Shown one piece after another: positions 23,498 to 32,003 of a stretch of DNA of 64,000 nt; within the stretch, counting starts at the first letter, position 1, and every line of letters starts with the position of its first letter. The stretch covers positions 11,551 to 75,550 of the forward strand of contig JBAXLU010000001.1 in NCBI GenBank assembly GCA_037134695.1, written 5' to 3'. This stretch comes from Candidatus Nomurabacteria bacterium. Its GTDB lineage: Bacteria > Patescibacteriota > Minisyncoccia > Phycocordibacterales > UBA5272. Made by a program: the position numbers and the translations under genes. The notes below the pieces were generated by a model. That model did no database searches, was not told the origin of the DNA, and worked only from the letters and a program-made list of their open reading frames with translations.

Positions 23498-23620
23498 ATG
23501 CCACAAAATCAAACATCGGCAGCTGTAACGATTCCGGTTTATACACAACCACAGCAGCAGCCAGACCGTTACAGTCAGGAGCAACAACAGCAACAGCAAC
23601 AGCAACAACAGCAGATGTGA
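23498..23620 (+). CDS. 40-aa glutamine-rich micro-protein (Q11 run), not in the ORF track
   Basis: TTGACT-17-TAGATT promoter, AAGGAG SD 7 nt before ATG, mixed CAA/CAG codons, downstream hairpin. Confidence 0.6.
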   Translation: MPQNQTSAAVTIPVYTQPQQQPDRYSQEQQQQQQQQQQQM

Positions 23621-23652
23621 TCGCCTTCGGTCAATTGCATCGCAACCACAGG

Positions 23653-23690
23653 AACCCGCGACAGTTAATGTCGCGGGTTAATTATTTCTT
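23653..23690. terminator. Terminator between the poly-Q gene and convergent thrS
   Basis: aacccgcgaca-gttaa-tgtcgcgggtt. Confidence 0.7.
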
Positions 23691-23708
23691 GTTTTCCATA
23701 AGAAAGAG

Positions 23709-25469
23709 TTATTTTTTACCCTTAATTTCCTCTGATAATTTTATAATTAAATCCTCAATTTTCATTTCTCCAATTTTACCATCCACTCTGTGTTCAAGTG
23801 TGACTGTACCATTTGTAATTTCGGCATCTCCAATAACTGCCCAATATGGAGTCTTCATTTCACGAGTATTACGAATCTTCTTTCCAAGTCCTTCACGAGA
23901 ATTATCAATTTTTACACGAATGTCAGAATTTTGTAATTTTTCAAAAACAGTATTTGCATATTCAGCGTGTTTATCAGCAATCGGAAGAATTGTAATTTGA
24001 TTTGGTGAAAGCCAAAGAGGGAAGTTGCCTGCGAAGTGTTCTATCATTACACCCATAAATCTTTCTATTGATCCAGAAATGGCTCGGTGTATAACAACTG
24101 GTCTTTCTTTCTTACCTTCAGCATTTATGAAATTCAAATCAAATCTTTCTGGTAAATTGAAATCACATTGAATTGTAGCTAGTTGCCACTCACGACCAAT
24201 TGCATCTTTAAACATAAAGTCTAACTTTGGTCCATAAAAAGCAGCTTCACCTTCGACTCTTCTATAATTTAGTCCATTAGCTTTTGCTGCTTCTTCAAGT
24301 GAACTTTCAGCCAAATCCCAAACCTCATCTGTTCCAAGATATTTACTTTTATCAGTCCCCCGAACTGACCATGATACCCAATAGCCGTCCATCATTCCCA
24401 TCGTTGTATAAAATTCTTTTATAATACCAACAATAGTTGAAACTTCTTGTTTAACTTGGTCTTGTGTACAGAAAAGGTGACCATCGTCTTGTGTAATAGC
24501 ACGCACACGAAGTAATCCACCTAATTGGCCAGACTTTTCATCTCTATAAACTGTAGCTGGCTCGAAATATCGTACAGGCATATCACGATAAGAGAATTGA
24601 TTATCTGCAAAGATTTGCATATGATGTGGGCAATTCATTGGCTTCATAATAAATTTATCTTCTTTTCCTTGTACACGGAAAAGTTCATCACCAAATTTTG
24701 CCGCATGACCAGAGGTTACATATAGAGCTTCTTTTGCAATATGTGGAGTCCAAACACGTGAATAACCTTTCTTAGAATGTAGTGACCATAAATAATCTTC
24801 AATTTCTTTTCTAATTATCATTCCGTTTGGTTGCATGAGTGGAAGACCTGCACCAATAAGAGGGGACACAGTGAAAAGTTTTAATTGAGCACCGATAATT
24901 CTGTGATCTCTTTTCTTAGCTTCCTCTTGTTGTAAAATATAGGCATCCAATTCTTCTTTTGTTTCAAAAGCTAGACCATATATACGTGTGAGCATTGGCT
25001 TTGTTTCATCTCCTCGCCAATAAGCACCAGCCAAATGACTAAGTATAAAACAATTAGTAGGAATTTCTTTCGTATTTTCTACATGTGGACCTTCACATAA
25101 ATCATAAAAATCCTCTCCCGTATGATAAAGAGTCACGTCCTGGCCTTCTTTTTCAATACCATCGATTAATTCTAATTTGAATGGATTAACTGCAAAAAGT
25201 GTACGAGCTTGGTCTGTAGAAACAGTTTCAACTTTGAAGTCTAAATTACGTTTTAGAATTTCACGCATTGTATCTTCTACTTTTTTTAAATCATCTACCC
25301 CAATTTTTACCCCTGGAGCAAAGTCGAGGTCATAGTAAAAACCAGTATCAGTTACAGGACCAATTGTAGGTAAAGCATGAGGAAAATTATGTTTAATGGC
25401 CATTAAAAGCACATGGGCAAGTGAATGGCGAACTTTAAATAATTGGTTTGGAGCTTCTTTTTGTGACAT
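23709..25469 (-). CDS. thrS: Threonine-tRNA ligase (no N-terminal TGS domain)
   Basis: RHSLAH, DLCEGPH, GAYWRGD, KPMNCP, FYGPKLD, VIHRAISGSIER. Confidence 0.97.
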   Translation of the reverse strand: MSQKEAPNQLFKVRHSLAHVLLMAIKHNFPHALPTIGPVTDTGFYYDLDFAPGVKIGVDDLKKVEDTMREILKRNLDFKVETVSTDQARTLFAVNPFKLELIDGIEKEGQDVTLYHTGEDFYDLCEGPHVENTKEIPTNCFILSHLAGAYWRGDETKPMLTRIYGLAFETKEELDAYILQQEEAKKRDHRIIGAQLKLFTVSPLIGAGLPLMQPNGMIIRKEIEDYLWSLHSKKGYSRVWTPHIAKEALYVTSGHAAKFGDELFRVQGKEDKFIMKPMNCPHHMQIFADNQFSYRDMPVRYFEPATVYRDEKSGQLGGLLRVRAITQDDGHLFCTQDQVKQEVSTIVGIIKEFYTTMGMMDGYWVSWSVRGTDKSKYLGTDEVWDLAESSLEEAAKANGLNYRRVEGEAAFYGPKLDFMFKDAIGREWQLATIQCDFNLPERFDLNFINAEGKKERPVVIHRAISGSIERFMGVMIEHFAGNFPLWLSPNQITILPIADKHAEYANTVFEKLQNSDIRVKIDNSREGLGKKIRNTREMKTPYWAVIGDAEITNGTVTLEHRVDGKIGEMKIEDLIIKLSEEIKGKK

Positions 25470-25494
25470 ATGTCTATTTATAGTATCAGAAAAA

Positions 25495-25603
25495 TGAAAG
25501 AGTCGAAAGTTTTAATTAGTTAAAAGTCCATAAAGTAGAAAGTTTATAAAGTTGATACGGGTCCGTATTTCCTTTTAGCTTTAAAGACTTTATAGACTTT
25601 TTA
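25495..25603. repeat. Inverted AAAGT/ACTTT tandem-arm element with minimal GATAC-gggtcc-GTATT core
   Basis: aaagtccataaagtagaaagtttataaagtt gatac gggtcc gtatt ... gactttatagacttt. Confidence 0.75.
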
Positions 25604-25748
25604 CTGGATGTGTACTCACGTCCGTCCTTGACTTAACCCCCAGGTTTTGTACTATAAAGTAACTTGCAGGGCTTGGTATAATAAGAACACGAAATTAAAA
25701 ATAAGCAAGTATGCTTTCGGATTTATTATTGCAAGCGCCTAATACATT

Positions 25749-26678
25749 ATGTCTCCTGCTTATACACAACAATCCTCAAATATAAGAACCACATGGATTA
25801 TGATGACAGTTTTTTTCTTACTAGTTATTGTTTTTGGTTTTGTCTTGTCATTAATGTATGGTAATCCTTCTATTCTATATTATGCTGTTTTCTTTAGTCT
25901 AATAATGAATGTCGGTTCTTATTGGTTTTCGGATAAATTAGTTTTGTCTATGGCGGGAGCTACAAAAATAGAATCTAAAGATCAATATCCTGAGCTTTGG
26001 AATAGTATAGAAAATCTTTGTATTACAGCAGGGCTCCCAATGCCAGTGCTATATATTATTGATGATCCAGCACCGAATGCTTTTGCCACAGGAAGAAACA
26101 AGGAACATTCTGTGATTGCTGTTACAACTGGAATATTGCCACTACTTACAAAATCAGAGCTTGAAGGGGTGCTTGCTCACGAACTTTCACATATTGGAAA
26201 CAGGGACATGTTAGTTAGTACTGTTGTTGTAGTATTTGCAGGTGTTATATCTTTGGTTGCAGATATGGCATTAAGGGCTTCATTCTTTGGTTCCGGAAGT
26301 GATGAGAAGAAAAATCCTATTTTTTTCATTTTAGGAATCGTTGCAATTATTTTAGCTCCTATCGCTGCAACTATTATTCGTTTAGCTATTTCTCGAGAAA
26401 GAGAATTTTTAGCTGACAGTACTTCCGTTTCTATTACTCACTATCCCGAAGGGCTATCTCTAGCTCTTCAGAAAATTAGTAATTTTCATCAACCAATGAA
26501 GATACAACGTGCAGCTATTGCTCATCTTTTTATCTCTGATCCAACAGGAGTAAATGATGAATCTGAACTTCGTAATGATGAAAAAATTTCTTTTGTGGCT
26601 AAACTTTTTATGACACACCCGCCAATCTCTGAGAGAATTAGTCGTTTAACAAAAACAACAACAAACACATTAGAATAG
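25749..26678 (+). CDS. htpX: Zinc metalloprotease HtpX (M48)
   Basis: PNAFATGR, HELSH, SREREFLAD, THPP. Confidence 0.93.
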   Translation: MSPAYTQQSSNIRTTWIMMTVFFLLVIVFGFVLSLMYGNPSILYYAVFFSLIMNVGSYWFSDKLVLSMAGATKIESKDQYPELWNSIENLCITAGLPMPVLYIIDDPAPNAFATGRNKEHSVIAVTTGILPLLTKSELEGVLAHELSHIGNRDMLVSTVVVVFAGVISLVADMALRASFFGSGSDEKKNPIFFILGIVAIILAPIAATIIRLAISREREFLADSTSVSITHYPEGLSLALQKISNFHQPMKIQRAAIAHLFISDPTGVNDESELRNDEKISFVAKLFMTHPPISERISRLTKTTTNTLE

Positions 26679-26721
26679 CTGTATAGCAACTATATCTTTG
26701 TTTTGTTATAATTTAATATAT

Positions 26722-27282
26722 ATGAAAAATAAAATAATTATAGGTGTTGTAGTGGTTGCTATTCTTTTTGGTTTTTGGATAATGTCTTCATATAATAGTA
26801 TGGTAAAGGCTAATCTTGCAGTTGATACACAATGGGCCCAAGTTGAAACTCAATATCAAAGACGTTTTGATCTTATTCCAAATTTAGTTGAATCAGTTAA
26901 GGGTATGATGACTCAAGAGAAGGATATTTTTATATCTATTGCAAAGGCGCGCCAAGGATATGCGGGGGCAAAGACAGTTGATGAAAAAGCAGCGGCTGCA
27001 GGTCAACTAGAAAGCTCACTTGGAAGACTTCTTATGATTGTAGAGAGTTATCCACAACTCGCGTCCGGTGAGACTGTAAAAAATCTTATGACTCAACTTG
27101 AGGGTACAGAGAATCGTGTTTCTGTAGAGAGAACACGCTTCAATGACACTGTTGGATTATTCAATACTCATCTTGTTACTTTCCCGTCTAATCTCGTTGC
27201 TTCAATGTTTGGTTTTCAGAAGCGTGCCTTCTTTAAGGCTGATGAAGCAGCTGCAAAAGCACCAGCAGTTAAGTTAAATTAG
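26722..27282 (+). CDS. lemA: LemA family protein
   Basis: QRRFDLIPNLV, ESYPQL, LEGTENRV, FPSNLVA; ATG at 26722. Confidence 0.93.
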   Translation: MKNKIIIGVVVVAILFGFWIMSSYNSMVKANLAVDTQWAQVETQYQRRFDLIPNLVESVKGMMTQEKDIFISIAKARQGYAGAKTVDEKAAAAGQLESSLGRLLMIVESYPQLASGETVKNLMTQLEGTENRVSVERTRFNDTVGLFNTHLVTFPSNLVASMFGFQKRAFFKADEAAAKAPAVKLN

Positions 27283-27287
27283 TAAAT

Positions 27288-28175
27288 ATGAAAAAGATAG
27301 CTGTTACGTTCGCTGTATTATTTTCCACAGCTTTATTTTCTTATGCTTTTACTATTCCTGATAAACCTGTCGGGTATGTAAATGATTATGCAAATATTCT
27401 ATCTGTTGATGCGAAACAAAATTTAGAAAATGAATTAAAAAATTTTACAGCAAGTAGTAGTAATGAAATAGCAGTTGTAACTATTCCTGATTTAGGAGGA
27501 GATGCTGTAGAAAATTATGCATCAAAACTTTTTTCAAGTTGGAAAATAGGAGATGCAAAAAATGATAATGGTATCTTACTTTTAATTTCTCGTGATGACC
27601 ATAAGCTTCGTATAGAAGTTGGTTACGGTTTAGAGGGTGCACTTCCTGATATTACAGCAAAAGATATTATTGATAATAAGATTACTCCATCATTTAAACA
27701 GGGGAATTATGACGAGGGTATTATACAAGGTGTAAAGGCTATAGAGGAGGTAACAAGAGGTGAATATAAGGCAACAGGTAAAAAATCTAGTTCTTCAATA
27801 AATGGAAATATGATTGAGTTTATTATTGTCTTTATTATTATTGGTTTACAATTTCTTGCTTCAATTCTTGGTAGAAGTAAATCGTGGTGGGCAGGAGGTC
27901 TTATTGGTGGAATAGGCGGAGTAGCTATAACATTTTTTGGTATTTTGGGAATTACTTTAATCTGGGGTTCCATTCTGACTGTTATATTTATCTTATTTGG
28001 TCTTTTATTTGATTATTTTGTTTCTAATGCTTATAAAAATGCAGTAAGTGGTGGATCATCAATTCCTTGGTGGATTGGAGGAAACAGAGGAGGTGGCTCA
28101 TTTGGTGGAGGCTCATCATTTGGTGGGTTTAGTGGTGGTTCTTCAGGCGGGGGAGGAGCATCCGGTAGTTGGTAA
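27288..28175 (+). CDS. TPM domain (YgcG-like) membrane protein
   Basis: VNDYANIL, RIEVGYGLEGALPD, Gly-rich C-terminal GGGGASGSW. Confidence 0.92.
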   Translation: MKKIAVTFAVLFSTALFSYAFTIPDKPVGYVNDYANILSVDAKQNLENELKNFTASSSNEIAVVTIPDLGGDAVENYASKLFSSWKIGDAKNDNGILLLISRDDHKLRIEVGYGLEGALPDITAKDIIDNKITPSFKQGNYDEGIIQGVKAIEEVTRGEYKATGKKSSSSINGNMIEFIIVFIIIGLQFLASILGRSKSWWAGGLIGGIGGVAITFFGILGITLIWGSILTVIFILFGLLFDYFVSNAYKNAVSGGSSIPWWIGGNRGGGSFGGGSSFGGFSGGSSGGGGASGSW

Positions 28176-28249
28176 AAATGCTAGAAAAAATGTGTGTGGT
28201 ACAATATAGCGCGAGCCTACCGGCTCGCGCTTGGTTTATGTTAAATATT

Positions 28250-28286
28250 GGAGAGCTGGCAGAGCGGTCTAATGCATTACATTGCT
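28250..28286 (+). pseudogene. Orphan 5' half of a tRNA-Ser(GCT)
   Basis: GGAGAGCTGGCAGAGCGGTCTAATGCATTACATTGCT, then breaks into a nested palindrome. Confidence 0.6.
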
Positions 28287-28413
28287 CCCGATTTCTTAGA
28301 TTGCTCCCGACTTTTTAATTTGTAACCAAATTGTTAAAGTCGCAGTCCTGGTGAGGGTACTCAGTCTGTTGAAATCGCAGTCCAGAACAAAACAGGTTTT
28401 GTATTTATATGGC

Positions 28414-28503
28414 GGAGGCGTCGGATAGTGGTTTATTCCACCACCTTGGAAAGGTGGCAACCGGGTAACTGGTTCGAGAGTTCAAATCTCTCCGCCTCCG
28501 CCA
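28414..28503 (+). tRNA. tRNA-Ser(GGA)
   Basis: GGAGGCG/CGCCTCC acceptor, CCACC-TTGGAAA-GGTGG, long variable arm, GTTCAAATC, CCA. Confidence 0.93.
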
Positions 28504-28556
28504 TGTAAATAGTTAGTTGTTTTGTTTCGGCGATTAGTAAATCGAACCGAGAGGAA

Positions 28557-28600
28557 GAAAGGTGGTAAGGTGAAAGCCTTCACGGGTTCGAATTCCATAC
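28557..28600 (+). pseudogene. Degenerate 3' half of a Ser-type tRNA
   Basis: GAAAGGTGG, variable arm AAGGT-GAAA-GCCTT, GGGTTCGAATTCC T-arm; no acceptor partner. Confidence 0.5.
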
Positions 28601-28709
28601 CATCTACTTTACGCGGGAGAAAATTGTTGTATCGTATGTAAGCTATAGGAAGGTAACTTTTATCTGTATTTATTTGCTTCTTTGCCTCTAATAGCATAGT
28701 ATGAGGTAT

Positions 28710-29423
28710 ATGAAAAATTTTCAATCCAGAGATAATAAAAGTGGTGGTTACCGTGGAGAAAGAAGCGGAGGCAGAGATGAAGGTAGAAGTCGACCATCAT
28801 ATGGTGATAAAAGAGGGGGAGATAGAGGTGGTGACAGAGAAGCTACAATGTTTCAAGCTACTTGTAGTGAATGTAAAAAGAATTGTGATGTGCCTTTCCG
28901 TCCAGCAAGTGATAAGCCGGTATATTGTAGTTCTTGTTTCAGCGCTAAAAGAGAGCGTGAAGATAAGGAATATAAATCTGGATCTTTTAATCGTGAACCA
29001 AAAAGATTTTCAAATGATAGACCAACACCTACGACTTCATTTGTTCGTCCAGAAGTTAAATCAATTGGAGCTGATGACTCTACAAAGAAGCAATTAGCAG
29101 ATATTAGTTTCAAATTAGATAAACTTATAAATGTTATTGAAAAAATGACAGCAGTAAAGAATGAAACCCCAGTTCATGTTGTTGTTCCAGCTAAGGCACA
29201 GGTTAAAGTTGCACCAGTAGTAATTGCAAAAGCAAAAGTTGTTGCTCAACCACACGTTGTGAGCACTCTTCGCGGGGCAAAGAAAGTAGTATCTAAGGTT
29301 GTAGAGGTGAAGAAATCTGCACCTAAAGTTGCGGAAGTAAAGAAGGTTGTCGCAAAAAAGGTTGTGGCAAAGGCTGTGGTAAAGACAGTAGCTAAGAAAG
29401 TTGCTGTAAAGAAAACAAAGTAG
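28710..29423 (+). CDS. CxxC-x17-CxxC Zn-finger protein with RG-rich N-terminus and Lys/Ala/Val-rich H1-like tail
   Basis: CSECKKNCDVPFRPASDKPVYCSSCF; VAKKVVAKAVVKTVAKKVAVKKTK; start 28701 or 28710. Confidence 0.85.
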   Translation: MKNFQSRDNKSGGYRGERSGGRDEGRSRPSYGDKRGGDRGGDREATMFQATCSECKKNCDVPFRPASDKPVYCSSCFSAKREREDKEYKSGSFNREPKRFSNDRPTPTTSFVRPEVKSIGADDSTKKQLADISFKLDKLINVIEKMTAVKNETPVHVVVPAKAQVKVAPVVIAKAKVVAQPHVVSTLRGAKKVVSKVVEVKKSAPKVAEVKKVVAKKVVAKAVVKTVAKKVAVKKTK

Positions 29424-29445
29424 TCTTTAAAGTATATATTTATAC

Positions 29446-29480
29446 AGAAAAATCCCAAGGTTAATCCTTGGGATTTTTCT
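29446..29480 (+). terminator. Intrinsic terminator
   Basis: agaaaaatcccaagg-ttaat-ccttgggatttttct. Confidence 0.8.
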
Positions 29481-29505
29481 ATGTTAAATATGTTAATATT
29501 AAAAA

Positions 29506-29976
29506 ATGAAAATTGTAGTAATAGATAATCTTCGCTCGGTATATAATGTTGGGTCTATTTTTCGCACTGCAAATGCAGTAGGAATTGATAAGATTATACT
29601 TTGTGGCACAACACCAACACCGCTTGATAAATGGGGTGATAAAAGAAGCGACTTTGCAAAAGTGGCACTTGGTGCAGAAGATGTAGTGGCTTGGGAATAT
29701 GAATCTTCAATTACTGAAGCACTAAAAAAACTTAAAGAAGAAGGTTGTTACATAATTGCTATTGAGCAAGATGAAAAATCAGTGGATTATAAAACTATAG
29801 AACTAGGAAAGCAAAACAGTGTAGCTTTTGTTATTGGTTCAGAAGTTGACGGAATGTCAAAGGAAAATCTAGAAATTTGTGATGTCATAGCAGAAATCCC
29901 TATGCTTGGCACAAAAGAATCTTTGAATGTAACTATAGCATTTGGAATTGCAGTTTATCGTATACTAGGAGTATGA
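29506..29976 (+). CDS. TrmH/SpoU family RNA methyltransferase
   Basis: NVGSIFRTA, GSEVDG, IPMLG, SLNV. Confidence 0.92.
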   Translation: MKIVVIDNLRSVYNVGSIFRTANAVGIDKIILCGTTPTPLDKWGDKRSDFAKVALGAEDVVAWEYESSITEALKKLKEEGCYIIAIEQDEKSVDYKTIELGKQNSVAFVIGSEVDGMSKENLEICDVIAEIPMLGTKESLNVTIAFGIAVYRILGV

Positions 29977-30611
29977 AAATTACAAAATTTGGACATTGTT
30001 GTCTTTTGATAGAGGAAAAAGAAATTCGCATATTAACTGACCCAGGAAGTTGGAACGATACACCGGATGCCAAAAATATTGATGTTATTTTAATTAGTCA
30101 TGAACATGCAGATCATATTCATATTGAAAGTCTGAAGACAATATTAAAATCAAATGAAAAAGCTGTGATTTATACCCATGAGGGAGTGAAGAAATTATTA
30201 GATAAAGAAAATATTTCTTGTGTGCTTATTGGAGATGGAGAAGAAATAAATATTAAAGGGGTAAGCATTATCAGTTTCGGTACTGACCATGCTTGTATTC
30301 ATCATGATATTTCTATTGTGCAAAATACTGGTTTTTATATTGCGAATAAGTTCTTTTATCCAGGGGATTCATTTCATAATCCAAATAAAGATATTGAGAT
30401 ATTAGCACTTCCGGTGGTTGCACCATGGATGAAAATTGAAGAAGCTATTGAATATGCAAAAGCTATAAAACCAAAAATAGTTTTTCCTGTTCATGATGGA
30501 ATGCTAAGGGAAGATAGGAGATTGTTTACTAGAATGATTCCAAAAAATTTACTTGAGAAAGATGGGATGCAATTTGTTGATCTTAAGGAAGGGGTAATGA
30601 CGGAATTTTAA
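29973..30611 (+). CDS. MBL-fold metallo-hydrolase
   Basis: TDPG, SHEHADH, YPGDS, PVHD. Confidence 0.9.
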   Translation: MKITKFGHCCLLIEEKEIRILTDPGSWNDTPDAKNIDVILISHEHADHIHIESLKTILKSNEKAVIYTHEGVKKLLDKENISCVLIGDGEEINIKGVSIISFGTDHACIHHDISIVQNTGFYIANKFFYPGDSFHNPNKDIEILALPVVAPWMKIEEAIEYAKAIKPKIVFPVHDGMLREDRRLFTRMIPKNLLEKDGMQFVDLKEGVMTEF

Positions 30612-30616
30612 AATTT

Positions 30617-30952
30617 ATGTATAAAGGTACTATTGTTGCAGAAAGTTTAAAAGATATAGAAATTCTTAATAATATAAAGGTTATAAGTCTTAAGGAGACT
30701 GATGATGAAAATGTTGCTGACAGGTGGCATATTTATTCTGTGCTTGTAACAGATGAAGAAATAGACATTTTAGAAAAACAGCTTAAAGAATCTTGGTATA
30801 CACATTTTTGGAATGAGACTAAACTTATTATTTTATTTTCTAATAAAAAATTTATTTGTGATATAAATGATAAAACATCATGGCAACCAGCAGTTGATTT
30901 CGGCCTATCTATAGGTATTCCAAAAGAGCAATTGGATTTCTTGATGGACTAA
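30617..30952 (+). CDS. Hypothetical protein
   Basis: 111-aa ORF tightly packed in the operon; WYTHFW, GIPKEQLDF. Confidence 0.7.
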   Translation: MYKGTIVAESLKDIEILNNIKVISLKETDDENVADRWHIYSVLVTDEEIDILEKQLKESWYTHFWNETKLIILFSNKKFICDINDKTSWQPAVDFGLSIGIPKEQLDFLMD

Positions 30953-30953
30953 T

Positions 30954-31604
30954 ATGAAATTAAATCATCCATATTGTGATTATGTTTCCAAATTAAATGA
31001 CGAAAATGATGTTGATAAAATTTATCACGATAATCATTATGGTGTGAGAATAGAAGATGACAATGAATTATTTGGACGTTTGATTATGGAAATAAACCAA
31101 GCGGGACTTTCTTGGAGAACTATTTTAATGAAAGAGAGTGGGTTTAGAAAAGCTTATAATAATTTTAATATTAAAAAAGTTGCAAAATATAGTGAAAAAG
31201 ATTTTCTAAGGTTAATGAATGATGAAAAAATAATTCGTAATAAATTAAAAATAAATGCAGCAATATATAATGCACAAGAAATAATAAAAATTCAAAAAGA
31301 ATTTGGAAGTTTTAGAAAATGGTTGGATATAAAGGATAAGGAGATTCAGTCTAGTATTTGTGTCATTCCCACGAAGGTGGGAATCCAGTTTCGCACTCTT
31401 GCATTTAGAATACTGGATCCCCGCATTCGCGAGGATGACAATACAAAAGATAATAGAGATGAAATTAAAAACATGTGGTTAAAACTTTTTAAAAAACATT
31501 TTAAATTTGTTGGTGGAGAAATAGTTGGAGAGTTTTTATTAAGTCTTGATATATTATCTGGCAATCACGACAAGAATTGCATAGTGAAAAAGAAAAACAA
31601 ATAA
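30954..31604 (+). CDS. tag: DNA-3-methyladenine glycosylase I with in-frame palindrome insertion
   Basis: YHD, EINQAGLSW, IIRNKLKI, FKFVG, H..C. Confidence 0.9.
   Translation: MKLNHPYCDYVSKLNDENDVDKIYHDNHYGVRIEDDNELFGRLIMEINQAGLSWRTILMKESGFRKAYNNFNIKKVAKYSEKDFLRLMNDEKIIRNKLKINAAIYNAQEIIKIQKEFGSFRKWLDIKDKEIQSSICVIPTKVGIQFRTLAFRILDPRIREDDNTKDNRDEIKNMWLKLFKKHFKFVGGEIVGEFLLSLDILSGNHDKNCIVKKKNK
31361..31440. repeat. dRS3/REP-like paired palindrome inside tag
   Basis: TGTCATTCCC-ACGAAGGT-GGGAATCCAG ... CTGGATCCCCGCATTCGCGAGGATGACA. Confidence 0.85.
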
Positions 31605-31821
31605 AACTTTTAGCATAAAAATTGCAGCTTTTGACCTGTATTTTGTATCGCTAAAGGCTACAAGCTACAGGCTGCTAACTACCCCAGCACTTCAACCCAC
31701 CTATAGATTTTGTAAAGATTTTTCTAGAATCGGGCATATTTTTCAAGACCTTTTATGTCCCCAGTTTTGTGGTTGCAGATAAGGTGAAGTGGGGCAATAA
31801 TAAGGTACCGGGGGACACATA

Positions 31822-31916
31822 TTTATTTTGGCTAACGAGGAGCTAAATAGAAAAGTAATCTTTTATATTTAGTCCGAGTGACGACATAAAAAGTTTCAAC
31901 ATGACGTAGATTGCTA
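31822..31916 (+). repeat. Structured ~95-bp motif in the nrdD leader; inverted copy at 37674-37769
   Basis: 31843-31893 is the exact reverse complement of 37698-37748 (51 bp). Confidence 0.9.
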
Positions 31917-32003
31917 TACGCCATTATGAACAAAGTAGTTTCCTAAAAAATAACTCGTCAGCTTGCTGCGAGGAAACTTTATTAACGTTATTCTTGTACA
32001 ATT

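Noticed and set aside
28250-28600. Group I intron or spliced tRNA joining the Ser(GCT) 5' half to the downstream 3' half
   Set aside because: No P7-type core is visible, the 3' half does not pair with the GGAGAGC acceptor or TTACA anticodon stem, and an intact tRNA lies between them.
28601-28640. CATCTACTTT at 28601 as a tenth palindromic element
   Set aside because: No partner CCTCGTATCT loop, apical GTAC hairpin or terminal IR follows.
31938-31980. Hammerhead-like CTGACGA...GAAAC on the minus strand of the nrdD leader
   Set aside because: Stem II cannot close (G instead of C before GAAA), and the + strand forms a simple hairpin.
31800-32000. Cobalamin riboswitch or NrdR boxes upstream of nrdD
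   Set aside because: No GGGAA/GCCACTG/B12-box pattern and no convincing tandem NrdR consensus.
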